NCBI GenBank assembly: GCA_965246885.1
Contig: OZ251992.1
Coordinates: 1,376,001 to 1,440,000, forward strand
Direction: 5' to 3'
DNA: 64,000 bases
DNA from: Abditibacterium sp.
GTDB lineage: Bacteria; Armatimonadota; Abditibacteriia; Abditibacteriales; Abditibacteriaceae
Below the pieces are notes generated by a model. It was not told the DNA's origin and made no database searches. It worked only from the letters and a program-made list of their open reading frames with translations. Below are positions 1 through 9,326 of the stretch, one piece after another. Within the stretch, counting starts at the first letter, position 1; each line of letters begins with the position of its first letter. A program made the translations under genes and the position numbers.

Positions 1-1
1 C

Positions 2-412
2 GCGGAGCCGCTCGCGTAAGTCGTTCACTTCGCTGCGTTGCTCTTTGAATTGCGCTTCTGCTCGCTCCGCGCGCATGCGCCACTCTTCGAGGGGTACAAT
101 TCTTTCTTCGAGAGACACCGCTCCGTCGTCGGCGCGGGCGGGCGGAGCTTCGAGCGGGGCGGGCGCGGCTTCGTGGCGCATGCGTAAAAGTTCCGCCGCG
201 TCGGGGTGACGGGTGAACCAATCGAGCAACCGCTTTTGCACCGCCGGAAGCCGCAAATTCGCGGGCACTTGCTGAAACCCTTGCAACGCCATCCCGCGCG
301 CCGCCACACGTGATGAGTCGTAATCGGCATCCTTCGGGCGCGGCGACAAAAACTCCCACAAAACCTTCGGCGCGACCTCGCGCAGCAAATCGGGCAGATC
401 TGGCGTGTCCAT
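2..412 (-). CDS. Hypothetical protein, N-terminal part (runs off left edge), coiled-coil-like
   Basis: Manual translation from ATG at 412: MDTPDLPDLLREVAPKVLWEFLSPRP...EEWRMRAERAEAQFKEQRSEVNDLRERLR, open to the window edge; absent from the ORF track. Confidence 0.7.
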   Translation of the reverse strand, partial: MDTPDLPDLLREVAPKVLWEFLSPRPKDADYDSSRVAARGMALQGFQQVPANLRLPAVQKRLLDWFTRHPDAAELLRMRHEAAPAPLEAPPARADDGAVSLEERIVPLEEWRMRAERAEAQFKEQRSEVNDLRERLR

Positions 413-420
413 AAAAACCA

Positions 421-498
421 TTTGACCGCCGATGGACGCGGAACGACGCAGATGAAACACAAAACATCTGCGTCAATCCGCGTCCATCTGCGGTCAAA
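421..498. repeat. Imperfect inverted repeat (34-bp arms, 3 mismatches) with ~10-nt internal periodicity (GCAGATGGAC-like)
   Basis: tttgaccgccgatggacgcggaacgacgcagatg ... catctgcgtcaatccgcgtccatctgcggtcaaa, directly after the acnA stop. Confidence 0.85.
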
Positions 499-500
499 AA

Positions 501-3389
501 TTACGCCATCAACTGCCGCAACACATAAGGCAAGATGCCGCCATGCAAGAAGTATTCGACTTCAATCGGCGTATCGATGCGCAGCGTAAGCGGCACTTCC
601 TCGCTTTCACCCGACGCGCGATGAATGACCATCTGAACGTCCGATTGCGGCTTGAGGTCGCTCAGGCCAACGAAGTCGAAGGTCTCGCTTCCATCCAGTC
701 CGAGCGTTTGCGCGTTCTGCCCGTCCTTGAACTGGAGCGGCAAGACGCCCATGCCGACGAGGTTGGAGCGGTGGATGCGCTCGTACGACTGCGCGACGAC
801 CGCCTTGACGCCCAGAAGCGACGTTCCCTTGGCGGCCCAGTCGCGCGAACTACCGGTGCCGTATTCTTGGCCCGCGAAGATGACAAGCGGGATGTGGGCG
901 GCCTGATACTGCGTCGCCGCGTCGAAGATGCTCATCTGTTCTCCGGCGGGTTGCAAGATGGTGACGCCGCCCTCGACGCCCGGAACCATCAGGTTCTTGA
1001 TGCGCACGTTGGCAAAAGTGCCGCGCGTCATGACGCGGTCGTTGCCGCGCCGCGAGCCGTAGGAGTTGAAGTCCTGTATCTCGACGCCGTGCGTTTGCAG
1101 GTATTTCCCGGCAGGCGAAGAAGGCTTAATGGCGCCCGCCGGAGAAATGTGGTCGGTCGTCACGCTGTCGCCAAAGATGCCCAAAGGCCGCGCTTTCTTG
1201 ATGTCGGAACTGGTGCCAGCATCGGGCGAAAACTTCTCGAAGAACGGTGGCTCTTGGATGTAAGTCGAAGTCGCGTCCCACTCATACAGCGCGCCAGAAG
1301 GCGCCTCGACCGCATTCCACATCGGGCTTTTGGTGCTGAAACCCTCATACGAGCGCGAGTAAGACTCGTCGTCAAACGCCGCGCCGAGGGCGTCCGCGAC
1401 TTCCTCGCCGCTCGGCCAAATGTCGGCGAGAAACACATCCTCGCCGTCCTTATCCTTGCCGATAGCGTCGGTGTAAGGGTTCCACTCGACCGTCCCCGCA
1501 AGCGCAAACGCGACCACAAGCGGCGGACTCATCAAGAAGTTCGCCTTCACCGCCTGATGAACGCGCGCCTCGAAGTTGCGATTGCCCGACAAAACCGATG
1601 CCACAACGAGGTCATTGTCTACGACAGCGCGTTCGATGTGCGAATCGAGCGGGCCTGAATTTCCAATGCACGTCGTGCATCCGTAGCCGACCGTGTAAAA
1701 GCCCAACTGGTCGAGGTAGGATTGCAAGCCGGTCTTTTGCAGGTAGTCCGTCACGACGCGCGAGCCGGGAGCAAGGGAGGTTTTGACGGTGGGGCTGACG
1801 CTGAGGCCGCGCGCGACGGCTTTTTTGGCGAGTAGGCCCGCCGCTAACATGACCGAGGGGTTGCTGGTGTTGGTGCAACTCGTGATGGCGGCGATGACGA
1901 CGTCGCCGTGTCCTAAATCGGCTTGCTTGCGGGGAAACTCGATGCGCTGCTGGAGCGGCGACAGTTCGTCTACCGCCACGCGGTCGGGCGTCGGGCGGTT
2001 GGAAACCATTTCCAATTCGGTCACGGCGGCGGTGTCTTTCTCGGACACGAAGCCCGTCAAGTCAACCGACACGGGAACGGTGTCCATGTCCTGCTCGCCG
2101 CCGCCTGCGATAACGGGCGCTTCGGAATCGTGTCCTAATTCGAGGGGGAAGCGTTCGCCCATTTGTTCGAGCGTCTTGTTGTAGCCGCTTTGCGCGATGG
2201 GCGCTTGGAACAGGTCGGAAAACTTCCCCTTGAGGTCGGGCAGATTGATGCGGTCTTGCGGGCGCTTGGGGCCAGCGACGGCGGGCACGACATCGGACAG
2301 GTCGAGTTCAAGGGTTTGCGAATAATCCACTTCGCCGCGCTTCGGGATGCCGAACATCCCTTGCGCTTGATAGTAGGCGCGCACGGTTTCGATGAGTTCG
2401 TCGCTGCGCCCGGTTTGCTTCATGTAGTTCAGCGTTTCGTCGTCAACGGGGAAAAAGCCCATCGTCGCGCCGTATTCGGGCGCCATGTTCGCAATCGTCG
2501 CGCGGTCTGGCAACGTCAGGGAAGTCGCGCCCTCGCCGAAGAACTCGACGAACTTGCCCACGACCTTGGCGGCGCGCAGCATTTCGGTGATGCGAAGCAC
2601 CAAGTCCGTCGCCGTCACGCCCTCCTTGAGCTTGCCGCCCAAATGCACGCCGACGACATCGGGGGTCAGGAAGTAGACCGGTTGCCCCAACATCCCCGCC
2701 TCGGCCTCGATGCCGCCCACGCCCCAACCGACAACGCCCAAACCGTTAATCATCGTGGTGTGCGAATCCGTCCCGACGAGCGAGTCGGGATAGAACACGC
2801 CACCCTTTTCGAGAACTAACTTCGCCAGATATTCGAGGTTGACCTGATGGATAATGCCAATCCCCGGCGGCACGACGGAAAACGTCTCGAAGGCGCCCAT
2901 GCCCCACTTCAGGAACTGGTAGCGCGACGCATTGCGCTTGAACTCCATGTCCATGTTCATTTGCAAGGCGTTGGGCAAGTTGGAAAAGTCCACCTGCACG
3001 GAGTGGTCAACCACCAAATCAACGGGCACAAGCGGCTCGATGATGGCGGGATTCTTCCCGGCCCGCGCCGCCGCACTTCTCATGGCGGCAAGGTCAACCA
3101 AAAGCGGCACGCCCGTAAAATCCTGCAAAACGATGCGCGCGACGACAAAGGGCACTTCCTCCGTGCGCACCGCGTTGGGCTTCCAAGAAGCGATGTTTTC
3201 CACGTCGGATTGCGAGATTTTCAGCCCATCGCAGTTGCGAAGCACCGACTCCAACACGACGCGAATCGAAACCGGCAACCGCGAAACATCGAACCCGTGC
3301 CCCGCAAGCGCGGGCAAAGAATAAAACTGGCCGGACGCCCCGGAGGGCGTAGAAAAGGTCTGGAGCGAATCGAACAAGTTGTGTGGCAT
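501..3389 (-). CDS. acnA: Aconitate hydratase AcnA
   Basis: Motifs [74 protein letters not shown]; start placed at ATG 3389. Confidence 0.97.
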   Translation of the reverse strand: MPHNLFDSLQTFSTPSGASGQFYSLPALAGHGFDVSRLPVSIRVVLESVLRNCDGLKISQSDVENIASWKPNAVRTEEVPFVVARIVLQDFTGVPLLVDLAAMRSAAARAGKNPAIIEPLVPVDLVVDHSVQVDFSNLPNALQMNMDMEFKRNASRYQFLKWGMGAFETFSVVPPGIGIIHQVNLEYLAKLVLEKGGVFYPDSLVGTDSHTTMINGLGVVGWGVGGIEAEAGMLGQPVYFLTPDVVGVHLGGKLKEGVTATDLVLRITEMLRAAKVVGKFVEFFGEGATSLTLPDRATIANMAPEYGATMGFFPVDDETLNYMKQTGRSDELIETVRAYYQAQGMFGIPKRGEVDYSQTLELDLSDVVPAVAGPKRPQDRINLPDLKGKFSDLFQAPIAQSGYNKTLEQMGERFPLELGHDSEAPVIAGGGEQDMDTVPVSVDLTGFVSEKDTAAVTELEMVSNRPTPDRVAVDELSPLQQRIEFPRKQADLGHGDVVIAAITSCTNTSNPSVMLAAGLLAKKAVARGLSVSPTVKTSLAPGSRVVTDYLQKTGLQSYLDQLGFYTVGYGCTTCIGNSGPLDSHIERAVVDNDLVVASVLSGNRNFEARVHQAVKANFLMSPPLVVAFALAGTVEWNPYTDAIGKDKDGEDVFLADIWPSGEEVADALGAAFDDESYSRSYEGFSTKSPMWNAVEAPSGALYEWDATSTYIQEPPFFEKFSPDAGTSSDIKKARPLGIFGDSVTTDHISPAGAIKPSSPAGKYLQTHGVEIQDFNSYGSRRGNDRVMTRGTFANVRIKNLMVPGVEGGVTILQPAGEQMSIFDAATQYQAAHIPLVIFAGQEYGTGSSRDWAAKGTSLLGVKAVVAQSYERIHRSNLVGMGVLPLQFKDGQNAQTLGLDGSETFDFVGLSDLKPQSDVQMVIHRASGESEEVPLTLRIDTPIEVEYFLHGGILPYVLRQLMA

Positions 3390-3504
3390 GGCGGAACTGA
3401 CGAACGAACCCAATTCAATTTACGGGGATTTGGGGAGACGTGCCAAAAGAATCGGTTTAGTCTTGAACCCCCACGCCTTTTCACCTTAACTGGGACGCGC
3501 CCTT

Positions 3505-5418
3505 ATGCACGACGACATCCCGAAAATCGCCGCCCACACGCCAGACTTGGCGCTTGAACGCCAAAGCCAACTGCGCGAACTGTTTCCCGAAGCGTGGAGC
3601 GAAGGCGAACTCGACTTTTCCAAACTCCGCCAATTGCTCGGCGATTTGGCCGACGAGAGCGCCGAACGCTATCGCTTTGGCTGGGCCGGGAAGCGCGAAT
3701 CGCTGGGGCTTTTGCAAACGCCCTCGCGCGCCACGCTTCGCCCCGTGCCGGGTGAATCGGTTGACTTCGACACGACGGGGAATCTCTTCATCGAAGGCGA
3801 CAACCTCGAAGCCCTCAAGTTGCTGTATAAGCCGCTTTTCAATCGGGTCAAGATGATTTACATCGACCCGCCCTACAACACCGGCAACGACTTCATCTAT
3901 CCCGACAACTTCGCCGACCCGCTCAAACACTACCTCATCCAAACCGGGCAGAAAGACCCCAACGGCGACCTGCAAACCAGCAATCCCGACATGGCGGGCC
4001 GCGTCCATTCGCGCTGGCTTTCGATGCTCTATCCGCGCCTGACGCTCGCCCGCTCCCTTCTGCGCGACGACGGCGTGATCTTCGTCTCGATAGACGACAA
4101 CGAAGTCCACCACTTGCGGCTGTTGATGAATGAGGTGTTTGGCGAGGAGAACTTTGTGGCGAACATCGCTGTTGTTAACAACTTAAAAGGACGCAACGAC
4201 CGCGCACATATCGCTACGGCTCACGAACATCTTCTTATGTATTCTAAAGGAGAGTTCGTGTCTTATGGACTTCAACTAACGCAGAAGCAACTTGCTGATT
4301 ACGGCGAGGTGAACGAGGAGGGAGAAGCGTTTCAATGGCGCGATTTACGGAAACGTGGCGGCGCTGATACAAAGCAAGCACGGCCAACATTGTATTACCC
4401 GCTTTATACGAACAAAGAAGATGGCCGGATCTACCTTGAGCAGAAGGATGAAGACGATGTAACTATCATGCCGATGAAAAGTGACGGTTCGGAAGGATGT
4501 TGGAGATGGTCTAAAGAAAAGGTGACGGAGAACCTTGACAGAATAAGAGCCTCTCGAAGCTCTATCAAGGACAAATGGAATGTGTCTTATCAAGTTCGTT
4601 TGGTAGAGAATGGGAAGACGCGAGTTGCCAAGCCGAAGTCGGTTTGGATTGGAAGCCAATTCTCCAGCGACTCAGGAACAAAGGCCTTGAAAGAACTCAT
4701 TTCAGACGTGAGCGACTTAGCTCCCAAGCCAGTTGGATTCATAAAGACAATTGTCCAGCAGTCAACCGAGGAAGACGACATCATCCTCGACTTCTTCGCT
4801 GGCTCCGGCACGACGGGGCAGGCGGTGTTGGAACTGAACCGCGAGGACGGCGGGAATCGGCGCTTCGTCCTCGTGCAACTGCCGGAAAAGACGGGTAACG
4901 CGCAGTTCCCCACCATCGCCGACATCGGCAAAGAGCGGATTCGCCGGGTGATTGGGCGGATGAAGGAAGGCAACGGCACACTCGACCTTTCGACGCGCGA
5001 GGCGCCCGAAGATTTGGGATTCAAGGTCTGGAAGCTGGGCGAGTCGCATTTCCGCCAGTTCCAGCGCACCGAACCGGGCGACACGAAGGCTTATCTCGAA
5101 CAACTCGAACTGATGAACGACGCGCTCTTGCCCGGTTACGAGACGCGCGCCGTGCTATACGAAGTCGCGCTGCGCGAAGGGTATGGCCTCAATTGCACGC
5201 TCGAACTCGTGCCCGGTTTGGAAGGCGTCGAAGTGTGGCGCGTGAGCGACGCCGACAAGGGCCAGCATTTCTACGCCACGCTCGCCGACTCGCTCGACTT
5301 GGAATCGCTGCGCCCGCTGAAACTTGTGCCCGACGACCTGTTCATCTGTCGCGGCATCGCCCTCGACGACGACACCGCCGCCAACCTCGCGCTGCAATGC
5401 CGCTTGAAGATGATTTGA
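3505..5418 (+). CDS. mod: Type III restriction-modification DNA methyltransferase (Mod)
   Basis: IEGDNLEALK, IYIDPPYNTG (motif IV), ILDFFAGSGTT (motif I), beta-class order with a central TRD; upstream of res. Confidence 0.95.
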   Translation: MHDDIPKIAAHTPDLALERQSQLRELFPEAWSEGELDFSKLRQLLGDLADESAERYRFGWAGKRESLGLLQTPSRATLRPVPGESVDFDTTGNLFIEGDNLEALKLLYKPLFNRVKMIYIDPPYNTGNDFIYPDNFADPLKHYLIQTGQKDPNGDLQTSNPDMAGRVHSRWLSMLYPRLTLARSLLRDDGVIFVSIDDNEVHHLRLLMNEVFGEENFVANIAVVNNLKGRNDRAHIATAHEHLLMYSKGEFVSYGLQLTQKQLADYGEVNEEGEAFQWRDLRKRGGADTKQARPTLYYPLYTNKEDGRIYLEQKDEDDVTIMPMKSDGSEGCWRWSKEKVTENLDRIRASRSSIKDKWNVSYQVRLVENGKTRVAKPKSVWIGSQFSSDSGTKALKELISDVSDLAPKPVGFIKTIVQQSTEEDDIILDFFAGSGTTGQAVLELNREDGGNRRFVLVQLPEKTGNAQFPTIADIGKERIRRVIGRMKEGNGTLDLSTREAPEDLGFKVWKLGESHFRQFQRTEPGDTKAYLEQLELMNDALLPGYETRAVLYEVALREGYGLNCTLELVPGLEGVEVWRVSDADKGQHFYATLADSLDLESLRPLKLVPDDLFICRGIALDDDTAANLALQCRLKMI

Positions 5419-5430
5419 TTCTGTTGAAAC

Positions 5431-5463
5431 CCAAAGATTGGAAGAGGGCGCAAGCCCCGCTCC
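5431..5463 (-). repeat. REP copy 1 (GGAG-CGGGGCTTGCGCCCTCTTCCAATCTTTGG on minus strand)
   Basis: ccaaagattggaagagggcgcaagccccgctcc; GGAG foot plus GGGC-TTGC-GCCC hairpin; 17 nt upstream of the RAYT start. Confidence 0.9.
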
Positions 5464-5480
5464 TCAACTGGATAAACCTC

Positions 5481-6014
5481 ATGGCCCAACGCCTCAACTC
5501 CCCCGACCTTTCCGGTGCGCTTCATTTCGTCACGCTCAATGTCCGCGACCGCAAACGAGCCTTCGCGCGCGCCGGCTATGCCGAAATGGTGCTTTGCGAA
5601 CTTCGTTTCGAGTGCGACCGTCACCCTGCAACCTTGGCCGCTTATGTTGTGATGCCCGACCATTTGCATTTTCTCATCGGGCCGCAAGATGGCAAAGTGT
5701 CGCGGTTTCTGGCGCGCTTCAAACCGGGAGTAACTCTGAAACTTGACGCGCTCGCAACCCAGAACGCTCGTTTCAAGGAGCAGGAATGGCTGGCGGAAAA
5801 GGGCAAGCGCGAGTTGTGGCAGGACGGCAAACACTCGATCCCGCTCTATTCGCCTGCTTGGATTCGAGAGAAAATCGAATATATTCACGCCAATCCGGTG
5901 AGGGCTGGTTTGGTCGAAAGTCCGGGCGAGTTTTTGTTTTCCAGTTTCGGGGCTTACTTTCCTGAATCGGGACATTTGCCTTTGGCCAAAGTTGATTTAG
6001 TTGATCTCTTTTAG
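5481..6014 (+). mobile_element. rayT: REP-associated tyrosine transposase (RAYT / TnpA-REP, Y1 HUH family), 177 aa
   Basis: HFVTLNV, AYVVMPDHLH (HUH), LWQ, KIEYIHANPVRAGLV (catalytic Tyr), FSS; flanked by inverted REPs; start at ATG 5481 within the 5193..6014 ORF. Confidence 0.9.
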
Positions 6015-6082
6015 AGCGGGGCTTGCGCCCTCTTCCAATCTTTGCAGCCAACCCGATTGGAAGAGGGCGCAAGCCCCGCTCC
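6014..6082. repeat. REP doublet (copies 2 and 3, inverted; REPIN-like) between rayT and res
   Basis: gagcggggcttgcgccctcttccaatctttg (6014-6044) and gattggaagagggcgcaagccccgctcc (6055-6082). Confidence 0.9.
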
Positions 6083-6094
6083 AACCAACCACCC

Positions 6095-8827
6095 ATGCAA
6101 TTCCAATTTGAATCCGGCCAGCAATACCAACTCGACGCCATCAGCGCCATCGCGGACTTGTTCGAGGGGCAACCCAAACCCGACGTGCCGCAGTTGCTCG
6201 TTCTCGAAGGCACAGCCATCAACGGCAACCGTCTCGATTTGGACGAAGCCGCGCTCCTCGCCAATCTTCAGACGGTGCAAGAGCGCGGCGGCATTTCGCC
6301 CGACACCGCGCTTCAAATCATCGAAGGCGAAATCGAAGTGCCCAACGGCACCAAAAAGAAAAGCAAACACCCTGTCGCCTTTCCCAACTTCTCAATCGAG
6401 ATGGAAACCGGAACCGGCAAAACCTACGTTTATCTGCGAACTGCGCTCGAACTTCATCGCCGCTATGGAATGCGAAAGTTCATCGTCGTTGTGCCTTCGG
6501 TTGCGGTGCGCGAAGGCGTTTTGACCACGCTGCGCCAGACCAAAAAGCATTTTCAAGAGTTGTTCAACAACACGCCGTTTTCCTTCTCGGTTTATAGCGG
6601 CGACAAGCCGCAGGGCGTCGCGGCCTTTGCGCGCGACGAACACGTTCAGTTTCTGGTGATGACCATCCAGTCGTTTGACCAAACCGATTTGCGCGTCATT
6701 TATCGCGGCGACGACAAAAGCGGCGGCAACACCCCCATTCACCTGATTCAAGCCGCGCGCCCGATTCTGTTGCTCGATGAGCCACAGAACATGGAATCGG
6801 AAAAGCGCGTTGCGGCGTTGGCGGCGCTCAATCCTTTGTTCGCGCTACGTTTTAGCGCCACACACCGCAACCCCTACAACTTGATTCACCGCCTCACACC
6901 GTATGACGCCTACCGTTTGGGCTTGGTCAAGCACATCGAAGTCGCCTCGGTTTTGCAGGACAACGACTTCAATCACGCTTTCGTGCGCGTCGATGGCATT
7001 ACCTCGGTCAAAAACACCATCACCGCCAAAATTGCGGTTCACCAGTTGATGCTCGACGGCACAATCAAAGAGAAAACCTACACCTTCAAACCGGGCGACA
7101 ACCTGCGTGAAAGAGCCAATCGCCCCGACTACGACGGCTTCGTCATCACCGAGATCAACCCCGGTGGCGGCTTTGTCGAGTTTGAAAACGGTCTGGAAGT
7201 CCCCAAAGGTATCGCGCACGGCGTCGCCAAAGACCAGATTTTCGAAGCGCAAATCCGCTACACCATCCGCGAACACCTCAAGAAGCAAGAAAGGCTGCGC
7301 GCCAAGGGCATCAAGGTTCTGTCGCTGTTTTTCATTGACCGCGTGGCGAACTACCGCGCCGAAGACGGCGGGCAGGGCAAAATCGCCGAAATGTTCGCGC
7401 GCGCTTTCGATGAAATCAAAGTCGAAACCAAGTTCGCGCCGCACTGGGCGGGCAAAAGCGCGAGCGAAGTGCAGGCGGCCTATTTTGCGGTCAAGAAGAA
7501 AAGCAGGGATGAAGATGTTTTCGAGGATTCAACCAATGGCCGCGCCAAAAAAGATGAGGCGGCCTATGACCTCATCATGCGCGCCAAAGAGAAATTGCTG
7601 TCTTTCGAGGAGCCGGTCGCGTTCTTGTTTTCGCATTCGGCACTGCGCGAAGGCTGGGATAATCCCAACGTCTTCCAGATTTGCACGCTCAACCAAACCA
7701 CCTCAGACATGAAAAAACGCCAAGAAGTCGGGCGCGGCGTGCGTTTGGCGCGCGGCGCCGATGGCGAACTCGTGCGCGACGAAAAAGTGAACATCCTCAC
7801 CGTCGTGGCGAACCAAAGCTACGAAGCCTACGTGGAAACGCTACAAAAGGAGATTAGCGACGAATACGGCGAAAGCGCCACCAAAGTCCCCGTTGCCAAC
7901 GCCAAACGCCTTCAAGCAACGGCGACGCTACAACCCTCGCGGCTCGACCCGGAGTTCACCGAGCTATGGGAGAAAATCAAGCGTAAAACCCGCTACAGCG
8001 TCCACATCAACACGCCACTTCTGGTCGGGGAAGTTGTGGCGGCGCTCAATCAAATCTCCATTAGCCCGCCGCGCGTGAGCGCCGTAAAAGCGCGCATTGA
8101 CGTAGGCGACGAAGACGAACTGCGAACGCAAGAAGTGGGAATCCAGACCAAGATTTTCGACCTGTCGGACGCCGTGCCCTCGACCGATTTGATCGCCACG
8201 ATGCTGCATTTATTAGAGTTCACCACGCCGCGAATGTGTCTGTCGCGCCGCACGCTTTTGGAAATTATCAAACGCCTTGACAGCACCGAAGCCGCGCTCG
8301 CCAATCCGCAAGAGTTCGCACTTAAAGCCGTCGAAAAAATCAAAGGCAAGCTGGCGGAACACCTTATCAATGGCATCCAATACCACGAAACCGGCGAATG
8401 GTTCGACCAAAGCATTCTGGAAGAGACCATAGAAAGTAACGCCGACAAAATGGTGCCGTCCAAGAAGGGGCTTTACGACTACGTTGTCTTCGACTCCAAA
8501 ATCGAGCGCAAATTTGTCGAAGATATGGAGAAGTTGGAATGGCTGCGCCGCTACATCAAATTGCCGCCGCGCTTCACAGTTGATACGCCTATCGGCACCT
8601 ACAACCCCGACTGGGCCATCGTTACCGCTCCAATAGACGATTATGGGGAAGTGGATGAAGAAGACGGCACCGCCCTCTACCTGATTCGAGAAACCAAAAG
8701 CTCGCTCAAACCGGGCGCGCTTCGTCCGGGCGAGGAGCAGAAGATTAGATGCGGCAAGGCGCACTTTAAAGGCGCTTTGGGAGTGAACTTCAAAGAAATC
8801 ACCGATGCCAACCAGATTCTGCCGTAG
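6095..8827 (+). CDS. res: Type III restriction endonuclease subunit (Res), SF2 helicase plus PD-(D/E)xK nuclease
   Basis: EMETGTGKTY, LLLDEPQN, FSATH, LREGWDNPN, QEVGRGVR, YNPDWAI...RETK; start at ATG 6095, since the upstream extension is REP sequence. Confidence 0.95.
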   Translation: MQFQFESGQQYQLDAISAIADLFEGQPKPDVPQLLVLEGTAINGNRLDLDEAALLANLQTVQERGGISPDTALQIIEGEIEVPNGTKKKSKHPVAFPNFSIEMETGTGKTYVYLRTALELHRRYGMRKFIVVVPSVAVREGVLTTLRQTKKHFQELFNNTPFSFSVYSGDKPQGVAAFARDEHVQFLVMTIQSFDQTDLRVIYRGDDKSGGNTPIHLIQAARPILLLDEPQNMESEKRVAALAALNPLFALRFSATHRNPYNLIHRLTPYDAYRLGLVKHIEVASVLQDNDFNHAFVRVDGITSVKNTITAKIAVHQLMLDGTIKEKTYTFKPGDNLRERANRPDYDGFVITEINPGGGFVEFENGLEVPKGIAHGVAKDQIFEAQIRYTIREHLKKQERLRAKGIKVLSLFFIDRVANYRAEDGGQGKIAEMFARAFDEIKVETKFAPHWAGKSASEVQAAYFAVKKKSRDEDVFEDSTNGRAKKDEAAYDLIMRAKEKLLSFEEPVAFLFSHSALREGWDNPNVFQICTLNQTTSDMKKRQEVGRGVRLARGADGELVRDEKVNILTVVANQSYEAYVETLQKEISDEYGESATKVPVANAKRLQATATLQPSRLDPEFTELWEKIKRKTRYSVHINTPLLVGEVVAALNQISISPPRVSAVKARIDVGDEDELRTQEVGIQTKIFDLSDAVPSTDLIATMLHLLEFTTPRMCLSRRTLLEIIKRLDSTEAALANPQEFALKAVEKIKGKLAEHLINGIQYHETGEWFDQSILEETIESNADKMVPSKKGLYDYVVFDSKIERKFVEDMEKLEWLRRYIKLPPRFTVDTPIGTYNPDWAIVTAPIDDYGEVDEEDGTALYLIRETKSSLKPGALRPGEEQKIRCGKAHFKGALGVNFKEITDANQILP

Positions 8828-8831
8828 AGCA

Positions 8832-8858
8832 GGAGCGGGGCCTGCGCCCTCATCCAAT
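8832..8858 (+). repeat. REP copy 4 (2 substitutions) just after the res stop
   Basis: ggagcggggcctgcgccctcatccaat versus consensus ggagcggggcttgcgccctcttccaat. Confidence 0.85.
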
Positions 8859-8979
8859 TGATGTCAGAGTTTCGGGGCAAGTCAAGGAGAGGCGGCGGGC
8901 CGTCATTCCTCGTCGTTTGCCCTTCCAACGAGAGTGCGCTTGCCGATGAGGGCGCGTTTCAAGCGTGAAACCTTCCAAT

Positions 8980-9315
8980 TCGGTCGTCTATTGGCATATT
9001 GCTATTATGTATCCGCATGTTTCGGTCTTCTATTGGCCTGATTCAGTCGTCTCGCGGCATGTTGCTATTATCTATCCGCCTGTCACGGTCGTCTATCGGC
9101 ATGTTTCGGTCGTCTCGCGGCATGTTGCTATTATGTATCCGCATGTTTCGGTCTTCTATTGGCCTGTTTCGGTCGTCTCGCGGCATGTTGCTATTATCTA
9201 TCCGCCTGTCACGGTCGTCTATCGGCATGTTTCGGTCGTCTCGCGGCATGTTGCTATTATCTATCCGCCTGTCACGGTCGTCTGTTCGCGTGTTTCGATG
9301 CGCTATCGAGCGTCT
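8980..9315. repeat. Tandem array of ~16 x 21-nt units with 63/126-nt higher-order structure
   Basis: Units tcggtcgtctcgcggcatgtt / gctattat(c/g)tatccgc(c/a)tgt(c/t) / (a/t)cggtc(g/t)tctat(c/t)ggc(a/c)tgtt repeated in register. Confidence 0.95.
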
Positions 9316-9326
9316 TCTAAGCTGCC

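Noticed and set aside
25..462. 145-aa Cys/Arg-rich ORF from the track
   Set aside because: Wrong frame; a more protein-like frame starts at 412 and runs off the window
1900..2160. Insertion of several dozen residues in AcnA
   Set aside because: It falls in a known length-variable linker of AcnA; no intein or intron motifs
3505..5418. Phase-variable mod (phasevarion)
   Set aside because: No simple sequence repeat tract seen in or upstream of mod
5193..5480. N-terminal extension of the RAYT ORF / mod-RAYT frameshift fusion
   Set aside because: Overlaps the normal mod C-terminus and the REP; RAYT homology starts at ATG 5481
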